DNA from: Eledone cirrhosa
Taxonomy: Eukaryota
Length of the DNA: 64,000 nt
Direction of reading: 5' to 3'
Assembly: GCA_964016885.1 (NCBI GenBank)
Contig: OZ024742.1
Span: forward strand, 35,960,001 to 36,024,000
In this document: positions 25,933 through 40,212 of the stretch, one piece after another
Position numbering within the stretch: the first letter of the stretch is position 1
Layout of the letters: each line of letters opens with the position of its first letter
Made by a program: the position numbers and the translations under genes
Notes under the pieces: model-generated
The model's input: only the letters and a program-made list of their open reading frames with translations
What the model was told of the DNA's origin: nothing
The model's database searches: none

Positions 25933-26139
25933 ATTTATTCAAAATAATCCAACTTATTTTACAAACGGGATAAAAAAAAAAAAACCGTACGCAAATCCGC
26001 AGACCTTCCTATATTATAGTTTAGATTTCAAAGGTACAATGGTGTTTTCATCAGACAAAATGTAAGATTTGATATGCGACATACCGCTACGGTTTTAATT
26101 ATTCAATTCCAGTATTGGCAGTGATTTATTTCACCAACT

Positions 26140-26277
<138 letters not shown>

Positions 26278-26280
26278 ATA

Positions 26281-26407
26281 TAGGAACGAGTAGGACCCTG
26301 ACGGCTGAGCTCAAGCCGTTTCGTTCCTATCACCCACTCTACTACGCTAAGTATTGAGTACTTTGGTGCGTTATGGTCCACCTGGTTCCTTACCACATTT
26401 CCTTCGT

Positions 26408-26408
<1 letters not shown>
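26281..26408 (+). mobile_element. Mini PLE fold-back (right arm mostly deleted) plus tail
   Basis: Same family as 48476-48672. Left arm carries the antisense GAAA-CGGC..GCCG-TC half-hammerhead; tail ACTC(26336)..GAGT(26356). Confidence 0.75.
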
Positions 26409-26428
<20 letters not shown>

Positions 26429-26438
<10 letters not shown>

Positions 26439-26860
26439 GAAATGACAGGAGGCTGGATTTGTGTAAATCCTTGAAAGGTTTATTATACTATGATCATTTC
26501 AATGACCGGGTTCCGTATGAATCCGGTGATATCATCAGGTATTCGAACCATAATACGTGAATGTAATAGAGGCGACCGGCTAAGATAGAAGGGGCTGGAT
26601 AGCGGTCGCCCTCGGGTCCTCGATTTTCAGCCCCATGGATTTTATCTATTACATTCACGTATTATATTTCGAATACCTGATGATATCACCGGATTCATAC
26701 GGAACCCGGTCATTGAAATGATCTTAGTATAATAAACCTTTCAAGGATTTACACAAATCCAGCCTCCTGTCATTTCATTATAATATTTAACTCCGTAATA
26801 GCACCACCAACTACAAAAACAAAGACGGTTGAACTGCTTTACGTTGAGTACTCTCTATAT
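26429..26860 (+). mobile_element. PLE fold-back element with hammerhead and tail
   Basis: Arms 26429-26570 and 26645-26786; tail hairpin ACTC(26790)..GAGT(26846). 3' end uncertain. Confidence 0.8.
26673..26730 (+). ncRNA. Type I hammerhead ribozyme
   Basis: ATAC-CTGATGA-tatcACCGG..CCGGTcatt-GAAA-TGATC(T/A)-TA-GTAT; the left-arm copy has a palindromic TGATCA loop III. Confidence 0.75.
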
Positions 26861-27083
26861 TATTACATTACGATTGACCATACGGAATAGACCAGCTCTA
26901 TCCAGTGGTGAACCTCAAACCTGAATGAATAAGTTTCGCTATGGGTGTTTTAAGCTGTAATCATGTCACAGCTGCCTCAGAACGCCAACCACTAGTGTTT
27001 TAGGATTTTTTATCCATAATCAGTGATGCTTACTTACTTATTGGGAGAGACGGGAGGGCGAATGAGAGAGTGAGAGCGAATGA

Positions 27084-27154
<71 letters not shown>

Positions 27155-27916
27155 GGACGGGGGTTCGATCCAGTATTGCTATGAATGGATAAAAGGCAAA
27201 AGTTGACCTCGGCGCGATTTGTACTTAGGAAGTAGAGCACTGGAAGGATTACTGCAAAGCATTCTATCGAACGTTCTCAAGTCTCTGCCAATTGGCTGAC
27301 TCTGGATCAGAGTTGACCATGTGGTTAAACAGCAACAACAATATCAACAGAGGAGCAACAGCAGCAACATCAGAGAATTGGAGTCGTTAGAACGTATGTG
27401 AAATGCTTCGGGTATTGGTTCCGCCCCTCTGAGCTCTAATTTCAAATCCCGCTGAGTGTACCATTACCTTTTATTCTTTCGCGGTCTATAAAATAAACTA
27501 GCTGACCAGGGCTGTGTACTAGTTGAATTGTTAGAACATCGGACAACATGGATTGCGGTATTTGTTACGGATAGTTGTGCTTTTAGTTCAAATCAATCTA
27601 TGTCCAGCTTAGCTTGTAGATTTAATCTGTCATTCGGTTTAAACACCACCACTTAGTTCTTGGGTGTTTTTAGCGGAACTCACATCGTTACAAACAATCG
27701 GGACATGTCACCGGTTTCAGTATACCTACGTAAGTCCTTCTAGACTCGGATGCCCTGAAAAGGGTGATGGGCGCTATCCTTCCCTTCCTGGTAAAGGTTA
27801 TGGTAAGGGGCCTTTAATTGTTGATGAAATAGTGAGGGGTGCCGTCCCGAAACACGGCAAAATTTAGACATTTTTTAACTTGTTGATGCCCACCTCTCTC
27901 CAGGTCGAAACACACC

Positions 27917-27962
<46 letters not shown>

Positions 27963-28302
27963 ACATCGGCCCCATTACTTGACTCGTATTATAATTATCA
28001 ATCTCAAAAGAGTGAAAGGCAAAGTTGACATCGATTGGATTCGAACTAAGATTGTAATGAGCCGGAACAAATAGCGAGGTATAGCAGACGTCCTAACATC
28101 TCTGTCAGTTCCCCACCTTTCCTCTCATTGACTAAACAACAAAATTAAAAACAAAAGGAGTGCAGTAATTACTATAATTGTGTAGATCAGATTCTGTCTG
28201 AGAGATATCAGTGCCTGTGCTATACAAATGTGATTAAATGTACCCACCAATCACGTGACTTTCTTATTAATCATTATATTCACTTTTCCATATTTTATAT
28301 AA

Positions 28303-28487
28303 TAATTATTTCTACCTTTGGCACAAGGCCAGCAATTATCCCAGTGTATTACTAGTACTTTATTTTATCGACCCCGTAAGGATGAAAGGCAAAGTTAACC
28401 TCGGCGGGATTTGAACTCAGACCATAAAGGGCCATAACTCTTTGCTGCAAAGCATGGCGTCCGACCCTCTACCGATACTGCCAATCC
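28303..28487 (-). mobile_element. tRNA-SINE
   Basis: Reverse complement of the 10975 family. Confidence 0.8.
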
Positions 28488-28597
28488 ATATTTGTTGACA
28501 ACTGTTTTCCCGTAGATAAAATGTTTTATCGTTCTTTCAAGGTCATGTCGTCTGTCATGGAAAAATGCAGGATTAGGTTGGTTGCTGTCATTGTTAT

Positions 28598-28631
<34 letters not shown>

Positions 28632-29117
28632 TTATTGTTGCTGTTTTCGTTGCTATTGTTGTTGTTGTTGCTGCTGTGGTTCTTGTTACTGCTGTTGTTG
28701 TTCTTGCTGCTGCCGTTGCTGTTGTTGCTGCTGCCGTTGCTGTTGTTGCTGCTGCTGTTGTTGTTACTGTTGTTGTTGTTTCTGTTGTTTTCTAGCTGTA
28801 GGTCAATTTAGATTAAACATACCTATGATATAAGGACGTTCACCCAGAGAACCTCAAGTATTTGTCCTTCAAGATTTAGTGTTTCTAGGACTCGGTATCT
28901 ATAAGAGTGCGATGTTTTGATGGCCTATCTGCGTCCCGGAGTGCCAAAGAGAGGCCTGAGGATATTTGACCCCACTGCTTCACTCAACTCCTCCCAATCC
29001 CCACAAATTTTGAGAGGAGCTACTCATATGTCTCTTCTATCACCAGTACCCCCGGAATAGTCTTGTTCCACCTTGCAAATATTCCATCAGAGGATCTATC
29101 AGGACTACATTATGAAA

Positions 29118-29302
29118 CGTGGATTGGCAGTATCGGTAGAGGGTCGGACGCCATGCTTTCCAGCATAGTTACGTCCCTTTACGATCTGAGTTCAAATCCC
29201 GCCGAGGTTAACTTTGCCTTTCATCCTTACGGGGTCGATAAAATAAAGTACCAGTAATGCACTGGGTATTTGCTGGCCTAGTGCCTAAAATAGAAACAAT
29301 TA
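29118..29302 (+). mobile_element. tRNA-SINE
   Basis: 10975 family; A and B boxes intact. Confidence 0.8.
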
Positions 29303-29789
29303 TGAAACGTGTCACCCCCCTTCCTTTTCTTCCCTTTAAGGGTGAGATTTGAAGGAGGATTTGCTGCTACTTCCACGTGATTGAGCAAGTCGCGTGATAT
29401 TTTCTATTTTGTTACATACACTTTTGTTACCATGGTGTTTAATCTGTTAGTGTCACGTTCATGAGGTTTATCATCTCAATGTCGGAGATATGAGGTTGAC
29501 AGATGTTGTCTATTCTTTATCTATTACTTCCATTGATCTCATTGTAGCTTGGAGGGAGGGGTGGTAGAAGGAGAATCTGTTCTTGTTATTGTTGATGTGT
29601 TATCAAGTACTAATTGCAGTGAACATTACATGAAAAACAACTGCGCATCCGGATGAAAGAGAGACCTCAACATACACGTGCTATATTCCGAAACGTTAAG
29701 ACTCTTTTGCTACAATATCTAGAGTTAAACTAACATATATCCTCATTATATTGTATTGTTTTCCCGTGTTACTTTTCCTTATTGACTTT

Positions 29790-29920
<131 letters not shown>

Positions 29921-29972
29921 CAGGGAGAGGAAGGAATCTACGGTGCTAGACCGAAGAGACCACAAATCATGG

Positions 29973-30000
<28 letters not shown>

Positions 30001-30003
<3 letters not shown>

Positions 30004-30580
30004 CGATATTAATAAATGGAAACTATATTTATAAAACCATATTTATTTCATTATACATATTTCAGGGATACCAAATTAGATTATGGTATGCCTTCATCAG
30101 ACAAAATACAATATATAACAATTTTACAAATAAGCTTTGACGTACCCTTTTAAAATGCAACCATTATTTTTGGAAGCCATCTGGATAGTGAATTGTTTAT
30201 ATTATTTTAATAAGTCTTAGTGTTAAGGACAATTAGAAAAAGACGGAGAGAAAGAAAAAAGACTGTCCTTAACACTAAGACTTATTAAAATAATATAAAC
30301 AATTCACTATCCAGATGGCTTCCAAAAATAATGGTTGCATTTTAAAAGGATACGTCAAAGCTTATTTGTAAAACTGTTATATATTGTATTTTGTCTGATG
30401 AAGGCATGCCATAATTTAATTTGGTATCCCTGAAATATGTATAATGAAATAAATATGGTTTTATAAATATAGTTTCCATTTATTAATATCGTATATCTAC
30501 TCCAAATACTTGTCGAGTGCTTTATATCAGTTATAAAAAATATTTACTTGTTGTATCCCAACAATTTTAAATAGAACTTT

Positions 30581-30583
<3 letters not shown>
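30001..30583 (+). mobile_element. PLE fold-back element (~230-bp arms) with hammerhead and tail
   Basis: Arms 30001-30231 and 30264-30496; tail ACTC(30499)..GAGT(30515). Related to 61661-62110. Confidence 0.85.
30387..30451 (+). ncRNA. Type I hammerhead ribozyme
   Basis: TATTTTGT-CTGATGA-AGGcATGCCA..TGGTATcCCT-GAAA-TATGTA-TA-ATGAAATA. Confidence 0.75.
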
Positions 30584-30636
<53 letters not shown>

Positions 30637-31010
30637 TTTAATACAATAACAGAGAAAGCTTTAAGCTAAACTCTGACTGGTAACCATCTCACTCAACAAA
30701 CATTAGGATATACGTTAGTATAATCTCAATTTTGTGTTTGGGGTGCTAACTATATGTATTTTGTGGAAAGCCTGTTGTATTATTTTATATGAGATATAAT
30801 TAAAATTAAAATATATCTCTCTTTCCAAACAATTGTTTCATTATAAGTTTTCTACAAGTTGGGAGAATGTTTCCGGTTTATGTAGAAGCCTACATATTTT
30901 TCTGTAAGAACACATGCAGGTGGGCACTTATAAATCATCAGTGGATGCCCATTAAACTTTGATATAAGAAAACATTTCTTACCGCAGTTATTTCTCGTGT
31001 CAGCTAAGTC

Positions 31011-31210
<200 letters not shown>

Positions 31211-31387
31211 GTTATTCCGGGTTGAATCGGAGGTAACCACAGTAAGTAAGGTACTCAATACATTGCAGAGTATAAAAGTTTTAATATAGATGAGATTCTG
31301 CAGGACTAGAACTGTTTCATTCTTTAGAAATCATCAGGAATCATTCCTGATGATTTCTAAAGAATGAAACAGTTCTAGTCCTGTAGA

Positions 31388-31396
<9 letters not shown>
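31211..31396 (-). mobile_element. Mini PLE fold-back with hammerhead core and tail
   Basis: Arms 31288-31340 and 31344-31396 contain CTGATGA..GAAA (stem I not evident). Minus-strand tail TACTC-TGCAaTGTA-TT-GAGTA. Confidence 0.75.
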
Positions 31397-31483
<87 letters not shown>

Positions 31484-31513
31484 TATGTATATCAATATAT
31501 ATATATGTATATA

Positions 31514-31584
<71 letters not shown>

Positions 31585-31632
31585 TAAGAGAGTAAAACAA
31601 AGAATCCTTTAATACATCAAAAGTTTTTATTA

Positions 31633-31670
31633 GCCGACAATGTTTCGTCCTATTAAGGACTCATCAGGGC
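31633..31670 (-). ncRNA. Hammerhead ribozyme in 3' pLTR
   Basis: GCC-CTGATGA-GTCCttaataGGAC-GAAA-CATTG-TC-GGC; canonical core with a GUC cleavage triplet. Confidence 0.9.
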
Positions 31671-32015
31671 AATCAAAACAACAAGAGGTAATATCGGCAG
31701 ATACAAGCCAGAAAACTCTGAACAATATGGAGTGTACATACACTAATGTCTTACAAAAATATATGATAATAAAAATGAAAATAAAGATAAAAATAATAAA
31801 AATATATAATAAGAATAACTAAGGATGTAGATAACATTAAGAACCATATTACAAATATAGTCCAAAGCAACCAACCTAAATCTAAACAAATTTGGTTATA
31901 TAGAGCAGGAATTATATATAACACAATATAATACATTATAATAATAATATACTTTTACCAACATTAAAATTCCAAATTAAAAATCAAAAGGTACAATATA
32001 TACATGTATATATGT

Positions 32016-32085
<70 letters not shown>

Positions 32086-33596
32086 CAACAACACACACCT
32101 CTATGTTCGACTACACAAAAATTAAGCCCTATTAGAAGTTTGAATATTAAAAATAAGCATGATAAGAGTGAAAATAATACTAATACATCTACCCAATATA
32201 CATGAGGCAATAATATGATGTAATTACAAGAAACACATATAACAAATAATAAACAACAAAATTATATAATTCAATATAATATAATAAAATAGATAATCCC
32301 CGGTTAATTTACAAAAACAATATAGATGTCACAATAAAATACAATGATAAAACGTTAACAGTGTATTAACATGTACCATAAACAATATATACAAATTGAT
32401 TCATACTGGGTTACAGAATAAATGAGGAAATATAAATTATATAATACTCAAAAAAACTATAATGGTACAGGGAAAAATTATGATGTTACAGAAAAAAATA
32501 TGATGTTACAGAAAAAAATATACAGACATCTAACATGATATGTAAAGTCTAAATATCATAATGTTACATATTACAATATTACAAAAATCCAGACATCTTA
32601 CATGATATATAAAGTTTAAATATCATAATGTTACATATAATGAACAGTAAGTAATAAGGATCAATATTACATACAATATAATATAATATATTATAAAATT
32701 GGCATAAAATATATAAATACTTATAATTACAAGGTTAGTAGACAGACATATGTGGATGAGTGAGCGAAGCCAGACAGTGAATAGTAAATAGAATATAGAA
32801 TAAAACAAATAAATACAATCAACCGGAAATTACAAAACAAAAGCAAATGTATACACATTTAGGCCTCGCGTGCATTTAAGAAATTAGGTAAACACTAAGG
32901 AAAGCAATCATTTTAATTGACTCCAAACCCTATTTGATAAATTAATATTAAAAATATCGAACCCGTCCAATAAGGTAGTATAATATTAGCTGTAGTTTAA
33001 GTCATTAAAGTATATAAACTTTAATGTATCGTTACAAATGTTTACAAAAAGGAATGAAAATTATACTATCATATACGCAACGATATCTAAAAAACTGACT
33101 TAAGTAGAATTAAGGTAGGCTAATGGGGACAGAATTGACGAAATATATGGAGGGTGCGAAGTGGCATAAAATATAGTCGATATACTATAATAAATAATAG
33201 AACGGAGCATAAAAGAGGGGGGGGTAAATATAATCATATTCAATCTGGAGGGGTTGACAATAAGTTTATGTGCGCATGGGGGGAGGGGGGAAGGGGGGGG
33301 GTTGTCGATAGATAAATCAGAATAGACTTAGAAATAAAAATAGAATTAAAAATAAAATTAAAATTAAAATTAAAGTTAATAATAATAAAAAATAAAGATA
33401 ATAATAGAATAACGTAAGTGGCGTAAAGTGTGTAATCTTATGTATACTAACAAGGTGTAATAGTGAAGACATAGATATGGTACAGTAGCCAAATGATTAT
33501 GAGAGCTAGAATGAAGAGTCATCAAAAACCAATGATAACATTAATGTTGGCAAACTAAAGAACCCAAACAAAAAACTAAGTAATGGAATATATCTG

Positions 33597-36290
33597 CTAA
33601 TGGGTACAATTTGTACTACTAGAACATTTGGGTTTATAATAAAAATAAGAATTAGAAATGGCATGGGGGCAAGAAGAGAATATCTCAGACTTTCTATTCA
33701 GTAAGGGTACGCTAGAGAAAATAATAGAGTGTGTCTCAAGTATACAGAGATTACAAAACTTACTATGTGCAGAAAGGTGGTTAGATCGTGCTACTAAACT
33801 CCAGTTAAGGCTATATGGTATATAAGCTCCCTTAAGATCCCAGATATAATGCGCTAAAGAGGTAGAATTCTTAAACCTAACATGTTTGAAGTTAGAGATA
33901 TGAGAGTTAAACCTAGTCTTAAAAGTGTTTGAAGTAGATCCTATATACGTTCTTTTAGAGGAATTAGTTATAACCTCGCAAGCGTAGACAATGTTCTTAG
34001 AAAGGCAGTTACCGTTTAGAGGGCAGTTAGCACTCACTCTACAATTGCACTTCCGGGTGTTATTGGTTGGCTCGAGTGGTGATGTATTACACGTAGGACC
34101 TCTATTAGATAAGGACTGTTCTGGTGGTAAAGCATTGTCCGATCCATTCAGACTAGTAGTATGTAGAGAGGAGAATCCATCCCTAATTTTCCTATTATTA
34201 GTGCTAGCTAAATGAGAACTAATATTAGGGGTGGTAGAGAATGAGAGTTTAATAACATTTTTATTAAAAATACCATGGTATTTGTGAGAAGGGGGGAAAT
34301 TTTTCTCTAAAATAGTGAAGAAAGACCTAGGGATATTAGTTGATACATCCTGATTATATGGCGGGTTGAAATAAGTATTTAATCGCCTTCTATTTTTATT
34401 TTTATTCTTATCAACCCTACCTCTATCAAATGTCCCACCGTCGAGACTAGGGTTACTATCGGGAATAGTTGAAGCCACATTCATAGAATCAGCCATAATT
34501 TCGTTATGCCTATTATAGTTTCTACCTCCAGTAGATCCGCTGTTGTTCGGAATCCCTACAAGAGGATTAAGGCCAATGATAGGATCAGTAGGAGCAACAT
34601 TATTAGAATAAGATCCAGCCAAACCAACACCAATGCGTGAGCGCACAGGGGGCTCGACTTGTCTCCTAGAGGTATTATATTTGCTATTACGAGTCCGGTG
34701 GGATAACTTATGGGTGGGTTCAGATACTCCTATATAAGTTCTACGGTTACTATGTTTGCTACTCCCATTCATGGCCATGTTATGTGATATAATGTTATTA
34801 TTATTAAGAGTAAGCGGAGACTTTCTAAGGTTACTATTATTATAATTTATTTTACTAGAGTGACCTGAATTTGCTAGGGCATTATTGTAGTACTCCGCAT
34901 GTTCATTAAAAGTTCCTATGTCCTTAGATAGTGTGGAAATCCTATTAGAAACGCCCTTAATTATAGAGTTTATCATAGACCTAGGGTGGTTAGAGTTGGG
35001 GCTAACATAAGAAAGAATTTCATTAGGCTTATGGAAGGGTTTAAAACTATTAGTGGCCAAGTCCAAAGTCACATCTAAAAAGTTAACCGCTCTATCATTT
35101 CTATCTATCGTGATTGAAAGGTTGTAGCTTTTAAAAAACTTATAAAGCTTCTTCTTATTATTTTCTACATTGTTGGTGCTAGAGTTAATTACAAACAATG
35201 CATCATCACGATATAGTCCGCCTATAAGGTGCGGGAAGGTAGCGTATAGTTCATTAAGGAGGAACAACCCAACAAGATCAGTAACCTGGGCCGAATCACT
35301 CGAACCCATTGTAACGTCGAAATTATTGGGCGTGTTTTTACGGGTCCAAAATATGTCCTCAAATTTAATAATAGTTTTACGGGCTGCTAGTATAATATCT
35401 ACCTGCGATCGTGTAAGGCTGGACACTCTCATGGCCAACATTAAGGCTTTATTGAGGAGGATGGGTGAAATTGATGTGTAGTAGGCGTCAATATCGAATT
35501 GGATAAACTTATTAGATTCAAGTCTATTAATCCCAGAGAACCAATCTATAACTTCCCTAGTGTTCCCCCATAAGTTAAAATTAACCTTATCCCTAACATC
35601 TGGTATAATAAGGACAAGGATTTTTTTACTGATAATGGCTATATCCGACTTAGAAGGACAGATAAGTCTAACTGAGGGGTTACTAATAAAATCAACCTTA
35701 TGGTCCTTAAGTGTGAATCTCGGTTCTCGAGGGTAATATGGCTGGGTATACTTATCGAGTCCGAGGTCAGAGACTATTCTAAGGCCCTCACTGTTGATGT
35801 GGTTCAAATTCTCAAGCGTAGTTTTTTTATAGCTTCTATATAACTCTTTATAAATAAAATCGCGGTATGTACTATAGTCCATGGAGTATAGATTCTTAGT
35901 CTTATCTGCCGGGACCAGAATGAACTTATTCACACCGAAACCCTTAACAATATTTTTAAGTCTGGACTGGAATTTATCAAAATTACTATTGTTTCTATGT
36001 CTATTATATGGCCTAAACCTAACATTTTTGACCAGAGAGAGTAAGTCACCTTCGAAACTATCTAATAGTATGTTGTGTGGTGGGCTCTTATAAGTTTTGA
36101 AGCCGTAGTTATTAAAATTTGTTCTATTCCTGGGGTCCTTCCTATTCTTATTATTATCGTAGTGGAACGCACGCCATCTAATCCTTTTTACAAAGGAGTT
36201 AACACTAGCTATCAGTAGTTTTTGGTAAGTATTCTTAGAGGGGGTAGGAATATTTTTCAGAGATAAAGGCAAGTAACTCTTTGTTAGCAT
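33597..36290 (-). CDS. PLE polyprotein: reverse transcriptase + C-terminal GIY-YIG endonuclease (897 aa)
   Basis: SLKNIP..RIRWRA N-terminus; ADKT, QFDIDAYY, TMGS, LYRDD, NFLDVT, SNHP RT motifs; CNCR..CPL..CL..IVY..YIGST..FKTR..H..CNLC..LLNR..CPH endonuclease region. No internal stops. Confidence 0.92.
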   Translation of the reverse strand: MLTKSYLPLSLKNIPTPSKNTYQKLLIASVNSFVKRIRWRAFHYDNNKNRKDPRNRTNFNNYGFKTYKSPPHNILLDSFEGDLLSLVKNVRFRPYNRHRNNSNFDKFQSRLKNIVKGFGVNKFILVPADKTKNLYSMDYSTYRDFIYKELYRSYKKTTLENLNHINSEGLRIVSDLGLDKYTQPYYPREPRFTLKDHKVDFISNPSVRLICPSKSDIAIISKKILVLIIPDVRDKVNFNLWGNTREVIDWFSGINRLESNKFIQFDIDAYYTSISPILLNKALMLAMRVSSLTRSQVDIILAARKTIIKFEDIFWTRKNTPNNFDVTMGSSDSAQVTDLVGLFLLNELYATFPHLIGGLYRDDALFVINSSTNNVENNKKKLYKFFKSYNLSITIDRNDRAVNFLDVTLDLATNSFKPFHKPNEILSYVSPNSNHPRSMINSIIKGVSNRISTLSKDIGTFNEHAEYYNNALANSGHSSKINYNNSNLRKSPLTLNNNNIISHNMAMNGSSKHSNRRTYIGVSEPTHKLSHRTRNSKYNTSRRQVEPPVRSRIGVGLAGSYSNNVAPTDPIIGLNPLVGIPNNSGSTGGRNYNRHNEIMADSMNVASTIPDSNPSLDGGTFDRGRVDKNKNKNRRRLNTYFNPPYNQDVSTNIPRSFFTILEKNFPPSHKYHGIFNKNVIKLSFSTTPNISSHLASTNNRKIRDGFSSLHTTSLNGSDNALPPEQSLSNRGPTCNTSPLEPTNNTRKCNCRVSANCPLNGNCLSKNIVYACEVITNSSKRTYIGSTSNTFKTRFNSHISNFKHVRFKNSTSLAHYIWDLKGAYIPYSLNWSLVARSNHLSAHSKFCNLCILETHSIIFSSVPLLNRKSEIFSSCPHAISNSYFYYKPKCSSSTNCTH

Positions 36291-36517
36291 ACTGTCAGAT
36301 AAAAATATATAGAGGCCAAAATACCAGTATATATGTGAGTAAGCTCAACCCGTCGGGAGCAGTTACAAGGATTAGAATACTGGAGCGTGTTTGAGTCAAA
36401 CACCCTCTTCGTATTATAGAAATGACAGTAAAAGGTATAGCTCAATGCAGTTAAACAGAGCCAAAAAATTAAGAGAGTAAAACAAAGAATCCTTTAATAC
36501 ATCAAAAGTTTTTATTA

Positions 36518-36555
36518 GCCGACAATGTTTCGTCCTATTAAGGACTCATCAGGGC
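36518..36555 (-). ncRNA. Hammerhead ribozyme in 5' pLTR
   Basis: Identical to 31633-31670. Confidence 0.9.
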
Positions 36556-36900
36556 AATCAAAACAACAAGAGGTAATATCGGCAGATACAAGCCAGAAAA
36601 CTCTGAACAATATGGAGTGTACATACACTAATGTCTTACAAAAATATATGATAATAAAAATGAAAATAAAGATAAAAATAATAAAAATATATAATAAGAA
36701 TAACTAAGGATGTAGATAACATTAAGAACCATATTACAAATATAGTCCAAAGCAACCAACCTAAATCTAAACAAATTTGGTTATATAGAGCAGGAATTAT
36801 ATATAACACAATATAATACATTATAATAATAATATACTTTTACCAACATTAAAATTCCAAATTAAAAATCAAAAGGTACAATATATACATGTATATATGT

Positions 36901-37000
<100 letters not shown>

Positions 37001-37842
37001 CAACAACACACACCTCTATGTTCGACTACACAAAAATTAAGCCCTATTAGAAGTTTGAATATTAAAAATAAGCATGATAAGAGTGAAAATAATACTAATA
37101 CATCTACCCAATATACATGAGGCAATAATATGATGTAATTACAAGAAACACATATAACAAATAATAAACAACAAAATTATATAATTCAATATAATATAAT
37201 AAAATAGATAATCCCCGGTTAATTTACAGAAACAATATAGATGTCACAATAAAATACAATGATAAAACGTTAACAGTGTATTAACATGTACCATAAACAA
37301 TATATACAAATTGATTCATACTGGGTTACAGAATAAATGAGGAAATATAAATTATATAATACTCAAAAAAACTATAATGGTACAGGGAAAAATTATGATG
37401 TTACAGAAAAAAATATGATGTTACAGAAAAAAATATACAGACATCTAACATGATATGTAAAGTCTAAATATCATAATGTTACATATTACAATATTACAAA
37501 AATCCAGACATCTTACATGATATATAAAGTTTAAATATCATAATGTTACATATAATGAACAGTAAGTAATAAGGATCAATATTACATACAATATAATATA
37601 ATATATTATAAAATTGGCATAAAATATATAAATACTTATAATTACAAGGTTAGTAGACAGACATATGTGGATGAGTGAGCGAAGCCAGACAGTGAATAGT
37701 AAATAGAATATAGAATAAAACAAATAAATACAATCAACCGGAAATTACAAAACAAAAGCAAATGTATACACATTTAGGCCTCGCGTGCATTTAAGAAATT
37801 AGGTAAACACTAAGGAAAGCAATCATTTTAATTGACTCTATT

Positions 37843-37903
<61 letters not shown>

Positions 37904-38169
37904 ATATATATATATGTTCGTGTATGTGTGTGTGATATAAATATATACAGATATATAAATATATATATATACAAACATATATATATATATATATATATAT
38001 AATGTGAAGACTAAATATATATATATATATGTATGTATATATATATATGTGCTAAGGGGAAATGCTTCTTAATAAGAGAGAGAAAGATTTTAACTAATGG
38101 TGAGGCCACCTCCATATTATAGGGTGGGTTATACCATATAATGCGCCGGGATCTGTTTTTCCTAGGTTT

Positions 38170-38497
38170 ATGCTCATACCTAGTAAATGCTACCTTATCG
38201 ACAAATCCACTCCGAGCAAGAGCTTCATTGTAATATGTGGAATGGTCGGTAAAATATGCTCGTTTGCAGATAGACGGGAAAGCCTCAAAGAAACGTTTCT
38301 TACCAGGTACTTGGTTAAGCTGGCAGGATGGTTAGAATGCTTACTGATATAATTAAGCGTATCATTCGGTTTTCTATACGGGTAGTGCAAGCCATTGGAC
38401 AAATTGAGGGTAACGTCGAGGTAGTTTACGACCGAAAGATTGGCCTCAACTTGTATGGGGAGGTTAAAACCTTTAAATAAGGCTGTGAGTTCTTTTC
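38170..38497 (-). pseudogene. Fragment of a third Naiad-type PLE RT
   Basis: Reads ..VVNYLDVTLNLSNGLHYPYRKPNDTLNYISKHSNHPASL..VSLRLSRLS, homologous to both larger PLE ORFs. Confidence 0.8.
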
Positions 38498-38624
38498 TAA
38501 ACCTGTCCCAAGAGTCGAGCCGAGGCTGTCATAAATGATACATGCCTAATATGCCATGCAGTGGTATCGAACCTGGGATCTGATGACTGCGAAACATACT
38601 TCGTAAACCATTCGGCCATTCTGC

Positions 38625-39815
<1,191 letters not shown>

Positions 39816-39818
<3 letters not shown>

Positions 39819-40129
39819 TGTCCCCCGATATTCGCGGGGCTTACGTTCCTAGAGCACACGCGAAGAGTGAAAAACCGCGAATATCGGACGAGGTCCATAA
39901 AAATTCCTGTAAACGTCTAAAAACAACGTAAAATATAGGCCGGCAAATACGGTATATTTTTATTAATAATTTAGCCTTGAAAAGCGTGAAAAAATATATA
40001 TTACTACGAAACAAGCCATAAAGATATCTACGCTTCCGCGAATATGCGGTGATTTCCACGAACAATTATTAATTAGGTTCTGAGGAAAATTCCGTGAATA
40101 ACCGGGACCGCGTATGACGGGGGTGTACA

Positions 40130-40132
<3 letters not shown>
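39816..40132. mobile_element. Tc1/pogo-type MITE
   Basis: Imperfect TIRs cattgtcccccgatattcgcgg / ccgcgtatgacgggggtgtacactg, with TA on both sides. Confidence 0.6.

Positions 40133-40212
<80 letters not shown>

Noticed and set aside
27674-27729. Possible 56-bp exon (ttttAG..GTAAGT)
   Set aside because: Splice signals are plausible, but no recognisable protein appears in any frame and no partner exons were found.
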